A stretch of 64,000 bases of DNA, taken from positions 1 to 64,000 of the forward strand of contig PRDH01000015.1 of assembly GCA_003345545.1 (NCBI GenBank), given 5' to 3'. The notes beneath the pieces are model-generated. The model was not told the DNA's origin, did no database searches, and saw only the letters and a list, made by a program, of their open reading frames with translations. Origin of the DNA: Candidatus Thorarchaeota archaeon (GTDB lineage: Archaea > Asgardarchaeota > Thorarchaeia > Thorarchaeales > Thorarchaeaceae). The translations under genes and the position numbers were made by a program. Positions 9,486 through 18,722 of this stretch are shown piece by piece (positions within the stretch are counted from its first letter, which is position 1; each line of letters opens with the position of its first letter).

Positions 9486-10284
9486 GTCGATCAAATCCTG
9501 AGTCGCGCGTTAGACAGTACCTGTGCCCAGAGTACTCCACTATCTTAGCTGTGGGCCCATAGACACTCTTGATCAGTTCGGGTTCCATTATTGAGCAGGG
9601 CTCACCTACTCCGATGACAGTGTTCTTCAGAAGAAGGACGTCGTGTACCATCATGTGTATGGGATTGAGGTCATGAGTAATCATGATGATACTGACATCG
9701 TTGTCACGATGGTATCGCCCAAGTGCATCAACAATGAGATCTTGGCTCTCTGCATCTGTTCCGGCGAGAGGCTCATCAAGCACAAGGACAGATCCTTCTC
9801 CAGCCAACGCTCGAGCCACAAGCACTCTCTGTCGCTGACCGCCAGAGAGCTCTGGGAATGGACGATTCCAGAGAGCGTCCATATTCACTTGGCGAAGTGC
9901 GTTCAGTGCCACCTCTTTATCTTTTGTAGATGCGATTCGTGGTGGGAGCTTCTTGAGTAATCTGCCCATGAGCACGATGTCCTTGACCTTCATGGGCACT
10001 GCCAGCTCAATCCTATCCCTTTGAGGAACATATCTGACTTGCTTTCGTATCTTGCTTGCATGCTTGACTGAGTCATGCCCCAGAACGCTGATTGTGCCCT
10101 GAGCAGGCTTGATAAGACCAAGCGCAGCCTTGATGAGCGTCGATTTGCCCGATCCATTGGGCCCGATAATCGCTAGGAAGCTAGGTGATTTTATCGAGAA
10201 GGACACATCATGAAGAGCAAGCTCTCCATTGGGATACCTGACAGCCAGACTATGCGCTTCAATAAGTGGAGATGCTTCCGTTAT
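9478..10284 (-). CDS. ZnuC-family metal ABC ATPase (probable ATA start at 10284)
   Basis: GPNGSGKST, YVPQ, LSGGQRQRV, LDEP, THDL. The frame stays open upstream of the track GTG and reads ITEASPLIEAHSLAVRYPNGELALHDVSF, the normal ABC N-terminus. Confidence 0.9.
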   Translation of the reverse strand: MTEASPLIEAHSLAVRYPNGELALHDVSFSIKSPSFLAIIGPNGSGKSTLIKAALGLIKPAQGTISVLGHDSVKHASKIRKQVRYVPQRDRIELAVPMKVKDIVLMGRLLKKLPPRIASTKDKEVALNALRQVNMDALWNRPFPELSGGQRQRVLVARALAGEGSVLVLDEPLAGTDAESQDLIVDALGRYHRDNDVSIIMITHDLNPIHMMVHDVLLLKNTVIGVGEPCSIMEPELIKSVYGPTAKIVEYSGHRYCLTRDSGFDRHD

Positions 10285-10682
10285 TTGCCACCTCCAATCA
10301 AGTTGACATCGACTTTGAGTACTTTCTTTTGCGATCTCAGTCTCTTGAAGAAGGCACGAACTATGTCAGCATCCGCATCCACAATCATCACCTCTGTGCA
10401 ATTGCCATCTCTCGTATGAGCATGAACCGTAGCGGTGAGGTGTTCTCTAAACTCATGTTGAACAGCGCTTACCTCATTGCCTTGGCCTCTATTATGGTAG
10501 AGGGCCGTGAAGACAGCTGTTACAGCTCCTTCTGCCTGTTCAAGAGTCCGATGTTCAGACATCAGCTTTTGTACTGCATGCCGAACGACCTCGGACCTAT
10601 TTGAAAACCGCCCTTCGTTCTGAAGGAGTTCTAACTGATCAAGATCAGAATCAGACATAGAGATAGCAACAATCGGCATCAT
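10281..10682 (-). CDS. NikR-family ribbon-helix-helix metal-responsive regulator
   Basis: N-terminal RHH (PIVAISM...FSNRSEVVRHAV); metal ligands QH...HAH...C-TEV conserved. Confidence 0.88.
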   Translation of the reverse strand: MMPIVAISMSDSDLDQLELLQNEGRFSNRSEVVRHAVQKLMSEHRTLEQAEGAVTAVFTALYHNRGQGNEVSAVQHEFREHLTATVHAHTRDGNCTEVMIVDADADIVRAFFKRLRSQKKVLKVDVNLIGGGK

Positions 10683-10708
10683 TAGCACCCTGTGACCTAT
10701 GCATCTGA

Positions 10709-10738
10709 GTTAGTAACTATTTCATAATCCTTAATAAC
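10709..10738. promoter_or_regulatory. Candidate NikR-type operator GTTAGTA-N16-TAATAAC
   Basis: Imperfect (6/7) inverted repeat with a 16-bp spacer, between the divergent regulator and SBP genes. Confidence 0.45.
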
Positions 10739-10798
10739 ATTTCAGAAAGAGCGTCATGCTTGACTGAATTCTCAAGCAATAGAAGTTCTGGTGGGATT

Positions 10799-11854
10799 AT
10801 GCTCAGGCACAGAGAGACCATACTTCTTTCACTCCTGTTGTTAGTAGTACCTCTCGTTACTAGCGGGATGACCCTGGATGCCCAAGCACAGGTTCAACCC
10901 GTGTATGAAGTAGCCGTATCGGTTGCTTCGCTTGCAGGTATTGTAGAAGGGATTGGAGGACAACTGATCACAGTATCTATTCTCATGGAGCAGGAAGCAG
11001 ATCCTCACTCATTCACAGTTACTCCTGCAGTATTGGCTATTGCAGAAGCCGCTGATCTATTGGTTTTCACCGGACACTTTCAGTGGGAAGAGGATATTGC
11101 CAATGAAACAGCAACCCCATTCATAACACTGCATGATGAGATTGCTTTGGAAACCTATGAGGATTATGGCGCTGCTCTTTCAGCTTTGCCTGGTGGGATA
11201 GAACTCGAGGGCCAGAGAGGCAATCCGCATGCATACTGGCTCTTGCCTAGGAATGCTATTGCAATTGCTAATGCCACGCGTGCAGCACTCTCAACACTAA
11301 ACGTGACTCTCAGCGAGTCCTGGAATTCCCATTTTGCGTCCTTTGTTCAGAAGATGAGTGATCTCCAGTCGCTCATAGCTTCACTGGATGAAACGCAAGG
11401 CTTCTCGAATATGCGAGCTGTAGCGGTTTTCCCTTCAGAAATATATGTTGCTGAGGCATTCGGAATCAAGTGTGACACTGTTCTTGTAGTAGAAAGCATC
11501 ACCATTTCTGGAGCCAAACTCTTGGAAGTCCAGGATGCCCTGCGGAATGGTACAGTTCAACTAATCATTGGCTCTGATGTTTCACAATTCCAGGCCGGAG
11601 GCGAATTCGCTTACCAACTTCAAGCGGATTATGGAGGAACTCTGATCTGGTGGAAGACACTGTTCTTTGCCGAAATGGACTACTTCGCACTGATGACCTT
11701 CAATCTTGGAGCCCTCGCATCCGGCTTAGAGGGTAGATCGGGCAGTACTGGCAGTGAAACGGTGAATGTTGCACTAGTAGTCCTTGTAGCTTCTCTCGGA
11801 ATAGTGGTGACAATCGAAACAATCATCTTGATTGTGAGAGCTCGAGCAGAGTAG
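10799..11854 (+). CDS. Cluster A-I (ZnuA/TroA-like) metal substrate-binding protein with C-terminal membrane anchor
   Basis: Signal peptide, ADPHSF and NPHAYW His motifs, C-terminal TM followed by RARAE. Confidence 0.85.
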   Translation: MLRHRETILLSLLLLVVPLVTSGMTLDAQAQVQPVYEVAVSVASLAGIVEGIGGQLITVSILMEQEADPHSFTVTPAVLAIAEAADLLVFTGHFQWEEDIANETATPFITLHDEIALETYEDYGAALSALPGGIELEGQRGNPHAYWLLPRNAIAIANATRAALSTLNVTLSESWNSHFASFVQKMSDLQSLIASLDETQGFSNMRAVAVFPSEIYVAEAFGIKCDTVLVVESITISGAKLLEVQDALRNGTVQLIIGSDVSQFQAGGEFAYQLQADYGGTLIWWKTLFFAEMDYFALMTFNLGALASGLEGRSGSTGSETVNVALVVLVASLGIVVTIETIILIVRARAE

Positions 11855-11865
11855 CTCAATCAAGA

Positions 11866-12189
11866 CTACTTGACATCAGTACCAAGGCGCAGGTTATAGA
11901 CAGCAGTTTCTAGTTCAGCAAGCTCGTCCTGTAGCTTTCGATATTTCTCCTCGAACTCATCGACCCCCACCAGTCCAGCCTTTTTATTGACGACGAGCTG
12001 TTTCAATGCCTTCTGGCGTTCGTGAATTTGGCTCTTGATATGCTCCCAGTCCTCTCGGTTGGACTCGACTGAATCACTCCAACTCGAACTGGATGCATCG
12101 TCCTGTTCCAGCTTGTGGACCAGGTCATCGAGGGATTCTTTGATCTTTGCCGACGCCTTTTTCGATTTATGTTCACTCAAAACCAACAC
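11866..12189 (-). CDS. Hypothetical coiled-coil protein
   Basis: Charged heptad-like sequence that fills the gap between convergent genes. Start may be TTG 12180. Confidence 0.65.
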   Translation of the reverse strand: MLVLSEHKSKKASAKIKESLDDLVHKLEQDDASSSSWSDSVESNREDWEHIKSQIHERQKALKQLVVNKKAGLVGVDEFEEKYRKLQDELAELETAVYNLRLGTDVK

Positions 12190-12244
12190 AACTCATCATG
12201 TTGTCCAAGTGAAGTCGATATATGCCTTCAGATTGCGCCTAGGA

Positions 12245-13180
12245 CTATCCTAGGAGAAAAGGTATGGCTGGGACAATCGGCAGGAGGAATAGGGTGCCAA
12301 CCGTCACAATAGTCGCAGCCTTTTGCGTATCAAGCTCGAAGCTCGCAGCGTAGACAACAGTCAGGACTGCAGGTGGCATTAGAGCCTCAAGGATGATGAT
12401 GGCTGTAGGCACATGTGATAGCCCGGAGAGAAGAATAACTGGTATCGTGATGAGAGGAACCAGTATCTGTCTTATTCCGACGACTTCCAAGGCAGCTCTT
12501 ATGTCAACGAGTGAGAATCGCACTCCTACGCCGATACCAACTGAGACCAGTGCAAGATACGTTGTCATGGGACCAGCAAATGAGAGCACGATTGCAAGGT
12601 CTCCTGTTAATTGAGCTCGTGTCGCAAACAAGATCAGTGCGATGATTGCTGCAAGAAAGGGCGGGAACATGAGCGCATCCTTCACGATTCTCAGCCGCTC
12701 CGATGTCTTGTTTCCGTACACAGCTCCTATCAATGATCCAAGTGTGGCGAGCAGTATCATTTGTGTCAGAGAGAATACAATGACAATTGGTAGCCCTGTG
12801 CTTCCTATGAACATCAAAACGAGAGGGAGTGGTATGAAGAGAGCGTTATTGAAGGTAACACACATGTAATAGACACCCCTTGTTGAGTCGTCGATATTGC
12901 TCCTCAATAACCTGATGTACATCAAAACGGGACCTAGAAGATCGACAAGGAGAGATAAGGCCACAATGAGAGGTACGTCAAGGGTGGAGTCAGGAGAAGC
13001 CGTGAGTAATGTGTGGATGAAGAGAATCGGAATCAGTAGATTGACGAGCAGAGCGGTGAGATACTTGTTGAACACTTTTCCTTTGCCTGATAGTCTGGCA
13101 ACTAGGAACCCAAGTAGAATGAGGCCATAGAAGAAGCCGAACTGCGCAACGATATCAAGTACTGTCTGAAAGCTAAGCAC
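12245..13180 (-). CDS. AEC (auxin efflux carrier, COG0679) family transporter
   Basis: About 10 TM; FNNALFIPLPL, PPFLA, ALMPPA motifs. Confidence 0.85.
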   Translation of the reverse strand: MLSFQTVLDIVAQFGFFYGLILLGFLVARLSGKGKVFNKYLTALLVNLLIPILFIHTLLTASPDSTLDVPLIVALSLLVDLLGPVLMYIRLLRSNIDDSTRGVYYMCVTFNNALFIPLPLVLMFIGSTGLPIVIVFSLTQMILLATLGSLIGAVYGNKTSERLRIVKDALMFPPFLAAIIALILFATRAQLTGDLAIVLSFAGPMTTYLALVSVGIGVGVRFSLVDIRAALEVVGIRQILVPLITIPVILLSGLSHVPTAIIILEALMPPAVLTVVYAASFELDTQKAATIVTVGTLFLLPIVPAIPFLLG

Positions 13181-13293
13181 CCAGCTAGGTCGAGGTCAAA
13201 CAACGGAATAAGCTGCCGGAAGAGGATGCCGTTCAACAGCCTTTTCTAGCTGCGCGCCCTCGTCATGAAATACACAAAAGAGAGGATCCATCG

Positions 13294-13632
13294 ATGGTGA
13301 CACAGGAAGAGCTTCTGACAGCGATTCGGAATATGATTGCCAAGGCTGAAGAACCGAAGATGCAGAAACGCTTCGCAAACTTCAACAGGAGCTTACTCAT
13401 GACATTCGGAGACCTGGGAATGGATATCGCGGTCGTCTTTGTTGAAGGAAAAGGCACTGTAGAGAGAGGCGTGATTGAGAGCCCAGATATGGCCATCAAG
13501 ACGGACAGTACGACCATCATTGACATTCTGGACGGTAGTCTTTCTGCAATGCGTGCCTTCATGAGCGGCAGAATCAAGGCAGACGGACCAGCAAGAGACC
13601 TGATGAAACTGCAGCATCTGCTGAAAGCCTGA
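13294..13632 (+). CDS. SCP2 sterol/lipid-binding domain protein
   Basis: DILDGSLSAMRAFMSGRIKADG...LMKL, typical SCP2 C-terminal half. Confidence 0.88.
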   Translation: MVTQEELLTAIRNMIAKAEEPKMQKRFANFNRSLLMTFGDLGMDIAVVFVEGKGTVERGVIESPDMAIKTDSTTIIDILDGSLSAMRAFMSGRIKADGPARDLMKLQHLLKA

Positions 13633-13645
13633 TCCTGCCCGTAGG

Positions 13646-15427
13646 CTACTTCACATCGATTCCTAACTCACGCAGAGCCACGTTTCGAGGCCTACCAGTG
13701 TTTCGGTCCCAATTTCTATAGTCATAGTAATCCCGTAACTGAAGCTCCAAATCTGGAACAAAGCCATCGGTCACGTTTTCAGCTTGAGGCGTTAAGAGAG
13801 GTTGTGGTAGACAATCATCCTGCGGAATAAACCCGCATCGTAGATTAAAGAGGCGCTTCATCGTGACTGCGCGGCTCCCGATCTTGAGTATATCTTCTAG
13901 TCGATATGAGGAACCTATCGCCAGATTCAGAAGGTCGAGAATCGTCTTCAAAGGAACAATTGCAAAGTGACACATAATGACGGAATCACAGAAGGCGCGG
14001 AAGTCCTGAGCTCGGGCAGCAGTATTCCCTTTGTCCTGATTCACCGATCGATCTCCAGCAGATATCCCAAGTTCTCGTACATCAGCACCCATATCAACAC
14101 TGTACATGTCTCCTTCAAGGTGGGTGGCTCCTCGTGAAGCAGTCGCATAGACTGTTGCCATGCCAGAAAAGGCTCGCGGGTCATGATTTGGAATCTCGAG
14201 CCCTTTCACATGAAGAACAAACTCCTCAGCTCCGTGAATCTTGCCAAGAGCAAGCGATCCTTCAGCAAGGATGTTACCGATCCCTTCCCGTCTGGATATC
14301 GCGTGGATGAGCTCAATCACGCCATCAGGATCAGCCCACCTTAGGCCGTAGTCAGCCTTTCCTGTATCACAGAGATGAGTGGCACAAGCAATGGTACTGC
14401 CACAGCTGATTGTGTCCATTCCATATTCGTTGCATAGACGATTCATCAGCACGATTTTCTTCAAATCCGATACCATGAGGTTGGTCCCAAAAGCAGCAAG
14501 TGTCTGATACTCGGGTCCTGCAACGTCCTCAAGATTGAACTCGGGTATGGATACTCGCCGTCCGCAACCAATTGGGCAGGAGTGACAAGCGCTTCTTCCT
14601 ACGAGCATCTCACTGAGCGACTTGGCATTGATGAGATCAGCATCATCAAACGCAATATCCTGAAAGTATCTGATTGGTACATCATTGAACATCATTCCGA
14701 TGTCGATGTACAATGCAGTACCCTGTTCGCGCAACATCCCCATTGCTTCGCCCAGAATCTTGGATGATGATAGTGCCAGCTCCTTAAACTCATCAGGGAA
14801 GGCAAGAGGAGTGTCGCGGGACCCAGAAACAGTAATCGCTTTCAGTTTCTTAGAGCCCATCACTGCTCCAAGGCCACACCGCGCAGCCACTCGCTCATCA
14901 TTTACGATACTCGCAAACTTGACGAGATTCTCGCCTGCAGGGCCAATACAGGCAACTTGCATCCTTCTCTGACTTTTCTTCAGAGCCTTCTGAGTTTCCC
15001 CGGTAGTCAATCCCCACAGGTGGTCCGCAGTCCTAAAGCTAGCGCGTCCATTATTCACATCAAGAACTAGAGGAGTTTCTGAGGCTCCGGTGACTAGAAT
15101 GCCATCAAATCCTGAGGCTTTCAGTTGAAATCCGAAGTGGCCACCTGCGTTTGATTCGCCCCAGAACCCCGTGATGGGGGACCTCCCACATACCACATGA
15201 CGCCCAGTGCAGGGAGCAAGGGTGCCAGTCAACGGGCCGGTCATGAACAGCAGCATATTGTTCGGGCCCAGAGGGGCACAGGTAGAGTCCAATAGATCAT
15301 ACAATAGACGGCCGGCATAACCACTCCCTCCCAAGAACAACGTGGCAACCTGCTCTTCAACCGTAATCACACTTGTTTCTTTCTTCGAGAGGTCTGCCAC
15401 CAGGATTTTACCGTGATAGCCGGGCAT
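13646..15427 (-). CDS. aor: Aldehyde:ferredoxin oxidoreductase family (W/Mo-pterin)
   Basis: SPITGFWGESNAGG, CIGPAGENLV, RCGLGAVMGSKKLKAI, CHSCPIGC, YGMDTIS, HVKGLE...DPR, RGATH. Confidence 0.93.
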   Translation of the reverse strand: MPGYHGKILVADLSKKETSVITVEEQVATLFLGGSGYAGRLLYDLLDSTCAPLGPNNMLLFMTGPLTGTLAPCTGRHVVCGRSPITGFWGESNAGGHFGFQLKASGFDGILVTGASETPLVLDVNNGRASFRTADHLWGLTTGETQKALKKSQRRMQVACIGPAGENLVKFASIVNDERVAARCGLGAVMGSKKLKAITVSGSRDTPLAFPDEFKELALSSSKILGEAMGMLREQGTALYIDIGMMFNDVPIRYFQDIAFDDADLINAKSLSEMLVGRSACHSCPIGCGRRVSIPEFNLEDVAGPEYQTLAAFGTNLMVSDLKKIVLMNRLCNEYGMDTISCGSTIACATHLCDTGKADYGLRWADPDGVIELIHAISRREGIGNILAEGSLALGKIHGAEEFVLHVKGLEIPNHDPRAFSGMATVYATASRGATHLEGDMYSVDMGADVRELGISAGDRSVNQDKGNTAARAQDFRAFCDSVIMCHFAIVPLKTILDLLNLAIGSSYRLEDILKIGSRAVTMKRLFNLRCGFIPQDDCLPQPLLTPQAENVTDGFVPDLELQLRDYYDYRNWDRNTGRPRNVALRELGIDVK

Positions 15428-16063
15428 TCAGAAGCCTCTCATCATCTCCCACACATCTTGCTCATCTTGAACTGCATCCTCAGGAAGAAGATGTGGAGTT
15501 CCGCTCTGTTTCGCAATCAGATATATTTCACTGGTCCGTTCAAGAACGAGAGCAAGGTGCAGAGCCTCTTTCAATGTCTTTCCAATACAGACAGCACCAT
15601 GATTGCCGATGAACGCAGCACTTCGATCCTCCATTGCAGCTGCAACGTTTTTCGCAAGTTCCTTGGTTCCGGGTACGGCATACTTGCTTACCCGTATCTC
15701 AGAACCAAGTTTCGGTACGACTTCATCTATTATTGGTGGGAGCGGTTCGTTCAAGACTGCCATCGCAGTAGCATAGAGACTATGTGTGTGGACTACCGCC
15801 TTAGCGTCCTTTCGAGTGTTGTAGAGCTCAAGGTGCATCTTGGTTTCAGTACTGGGATTCTTGGTACCTTCGATAACATTACCATTCATATCTAGAACGA
15901 CCATATCGTCACTGTTCATCTCAGTATAATGAATGGAACTGGCTGTTATGACCACATGGTTGCCCAGTCGGATACTGACATTGCCGGAGGATCCAATTAC
16001 TAGGTTCTCCTTCACCATCTGTAGACAGATGTCCAAGACTTCTTTCTTTGCATCTTCGTACAT
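15428..16063 (-). CDS. Class II aldolase/adducin family (FucA-like)
   Basis: GSSGNVS, PSTETKMH, VVHTHS, NHG metal ligands. Start set to ATG 16063. Confidence 0.92.
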   Translation of the reverse strand: MYEDAKKEVLDICLQMVKENLVIGSSGNVSIRLGNHVVITASSIHYTEMNSDDMVVLDMNGNVIEGTKNPSTETKMHLELYNTRKDAKAVVHTHSLYATAMAVLNEPLPPIIDEVVPKLGSEIRVSKYAVPGTKELAKNVAAAMEDRSAAFIGNHGAVCIGKTLKEALHLALVLERTSEIYLIAKQSGTPHLLPEDAVQDEQDVWEMMRGF

Positions 16064-16065
16064 GC

Positions 16066-17565
16066 TCACGCACCGTCGCAAAACATACTGGACCATTTGG
16101 AGAAGTAGGACTTGTATAAATCTGCCCGTTCGTCAGGATTAGTAGCGGACTTCCACTTGACCATTGCCTTAGCCGCATCCATTAGTCTGGAGTATTGACC
16201 AGCCCCTGTCGACGCGCATATTGCTGCGCCCAGAAGACTGCCCTCTGGCTGAATCGGAGTATGCACAGAACGTCCAAGGACATTAGCAAGCATTTCAGGC
16301 CAGATCCGTGACTGTGTCATGCCTCCAATTGTCTTGATGCAACTAGCCTGCTGATGGGCTTCTAGCTGTTGACAATTCCCTCTCACTGCATAGGCGATGT
16401 TTTCTAGGACTGCATGTATCATTGCAGCGGAATTCAGGGGAGTCACTTGAGGCAGAGCTGGCTGTGGAAAGACCATCTTGGCTTGTTTGACATCAGTGAT
16501 CTGTTGACAGTTCATTATACTGGGTCCCAATGCTACGAAGGTCTCATGGCTTCCTGGAGGAATGCCCGTGAGTATCCTGTCAAGATGCTTCAACGTGTCC
16601 CTGATGCAGCTCTCTGTGTCCTTGGCACGTTCACAGAGGAGTCGAACAACCCAGTTAAGGTAGGCACCAGTCAAGGTTGCATTACTCTCAAGTACCCAGT
16701 TGTCAGGTATCATGTGGCAGCCTGTCCAGATCTTTTGAGATGGGTCACAATAGAACTTGTCCAGAATCATCATCACAGGTGCAGTGCTCCCAGCTATGAC
16801 AACAATCTCCCCGGGTTGAGCGTCACTTGCTAAGAGTGCACAATGAGCATCTGCACCGCCCTGAGCAATTGAAAGTCCTTTTGGCAGTCCACATGCCTTA
16901 TGCGCCTCTGGAGTCACCTCACCTGTGATGGTTCCGGTCTCATGAATCTCTGGCAGAATCTCGCTACTGACGCCGACAGCCTCGGTGACTTCATCGCTCC
17001 ACTTGCCGGTCCGAATGTTCATGAAACCTGTAGCGCTGCCGGCTGACGGATCCGTGGAGAAGATACCGCCGAGCCTATAGGCTATCCAGTCGTTGATAGG
17101 CAGTACATGAGCTATTGACTCAAAGACCTCTGGCACTTCCTCTTCGAACCAAGACAGTCTTGCAGGTGAAAACATGAGCGGCGGCCAGCAGCCAGTGATC
17201 TCATGGTACTTCTCCCCGATAGACTCTTCGATTATGTACTGGGTCATGGCCCCGCGCGCATCAACATTGGGTCCTGCATAGACCTCTACTCCTTCCCTAT
17301 CGACAAAGACCACACCATGTCGTTGGCTTGTGGTGGACACAGCTAAGATATCGGAGGCCTTCACTCCAGAGGTCTTGATTGCCTCTTTGACAACTGTGCA
17401 TATCAAGTGCCAGAAATGCTCTGGGTCAAACTCCTTTGCTATCTCCAAATGGGTCGGAGTAGTGTAGTTCCAAGGCCGCCTACTGATTCCTAGTGGCTCG
17501 CCTTTCGTACCAGAAATCATACAGCGCACACCGGTAGTACCTGCATCTATTGCTGCGACTACCAT
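16066..17565 (-). CDS. FGGY carbohydrate kinase, YoaC/LsrK-like subgroup
   Basis: IDAGTTG, TSQRHG...PNVDARG (NxDxR instead of the usual WxDxR), GGAD, IGGMTQS. Confidence 0.88.
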   Translation of the reverse strand: MVVAAIDAGTTGVRCMISGTKGEPLGISRRPWNYTTPTHLEIAKEFDPEHFWHLICTVVKEAIKTSGVKASDILAVSTTSQRHGVVFVDREGVEVYAGPNVDARGAMTQYIIEESIGEKYHEITGCWPPLMFSPARLSWFEEEVPEVFESIAHVLPINDWIAYRLGGIFSTDPSAGSATGFMNIRTGKWSDEVTEAVGVSSEILPEIHETGTITGEVTPEAHKACGLPKGLSIAQGGADAHCALLASDAQPGEIVVIAGSTAPVMMILDKFYCDPSQKIWTGCHMIPDNWVLESNATLTGAYLNWVVRLLCERAKDTESCIRDTLKHLDRILTGIPPGSHETFVALGPSIMNCQQITDVKQAKMVFPQPALPQVTPLNSAAMIHAVLENIAYAVRGNCQQLEAHQQASCIKTIGGMTQSRIWPEMLANVLGRSVHTPIQPEGSLLGAAICASTGAGQYSRLMDAAKAMVKWKSATNPDERADLYKSYFSKWSSMFCDGA

Positions 17566-18564
17566 CTAATCGTATACCTCCGGATTCAGAATGTTCTTTG
17601 GTCGTTTCCCTCGGACAAATGCTACGATGTTCTCAACGATGATTTTTGACTGTCGTTCTATTGTTTCCACAGTGTTGCTTCCCATGTGAGGCATGACGGT
17701 GACGTTATCCAGTTCGAGAAACGCATTATCACAGTCGACCGGCTCCATGGAGAACACATCCAGTCCGGCACCTGCAATGGCTCCTGCCTTCAATGCGTTG
17801 AGAAGTGCATCTTCATCTGTGACTGATGCTCGTGCCGTGTTAATGAAGATGGCAGTCTTCTTCATCAGATTAAATTCCCTTGCGCCCAGCATTCCCTGGG
17901 TTTCGTCGGTAGGTGCACAATGAACTGTCACAATATCCGACTCGCCGAGAAGGGTGTCAAGACTCACAGACTTTGCGCCCACTGCACGTATGCGCTCCTT
18001 AGCCACGTAGGGATCAAACACCAAGAGCTTCACACCAAAGGAAACAAGCCGCTTCGCAACTTCAAAGCCGATATTTCCTAGACCTATGATTCCGACAGTT
18101 CTGCCGTTCAACTCAAAACCAGTGAGCTTGGTGTACATTCCTGCAAAGTCTTTGAAGTCGTTGACAAAGAAGTCATCCTTGAGCAGACGCTCTGCTGCGT
18201 TGACTTTCCGAGCCTGACTGAGCATCAATGCAATGGCCAGCTCGGCAACTGCTACAGTATTCCTACCTGGTACAGCAATGACCGGAATTCCCTTCGCTGT
18301 TGCTGCGTTGAGTGAGATGTTGTTAGGTGAGCCTCGGACAGACCCAACAAGCTTGATCCTGGTCTGTTCGAGTACCGGTTCCTTGATTTCATCACCCTCG
18401 ACGATTACAATGTCATACTCTCCATCTCTGAGTGTCTTCAGGAGTGAGTCACCCATGTGCAGCTTGCCCGTTTCAAGCCAACTGCGATAGTCAATCTCCA
18501 ATCCTTCGTCACGCAGTCGTTTAAGGCCGGACTCAGAAAAAGGAGCAGTAATTAGGACTCTCAT
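17566..18564 (-). CDS. D-2-hydroxyacid dehydrogenase family, YoaD-like
   Basis: VLITAPF, RGSPNN, PGRNTVAVAE, GLGNIG, INTAR, LDVFSMEP, PHMG. Confidence 0.9.
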   Translation of the reverse strand: MRVLITAPFSESGLKRLRDEGLEIDYRSWLETGKLHMGDSLLKTLRDGEYDIVIVEGDEIKEPVLEQTRIKLVGSVRGSPNNISLNAATAKGIPVIAVPGRNTVAVAELAIALMLSQARKVNAAERLLKDDFFVNDFKDFAGMYTKLTGFELNGRTVGIIGLGNIGFEVAKRLVSFGVKLLVFDPYVAKERIRAVGAKSVSLDTLLGESDIVTVHCAPTDETQGMLGAREFNLMKKTAIFINTARASVTDEDALLNALKAGAIAGAGLDVFSMEPVDCDNAFLELDNVTVMPHMGSNTVETIERQSKIIVENIVAFVRGKRPKNILNPEVYD

Positions 18565-18722
18565 GTTATGCCTCCGAGGATGCGAATCAAGAGATATACG
18601 ATACTGCCCTTTAAACGTTGATTGGGAGTCGTGGGGCAGTTTGCCGCGCAGACTCCGATGCAGTTCAAAGATTGTCCACGCCTTATATTCATTCTATGCA
18701 TCCATATGACTCGTGAAAAACA

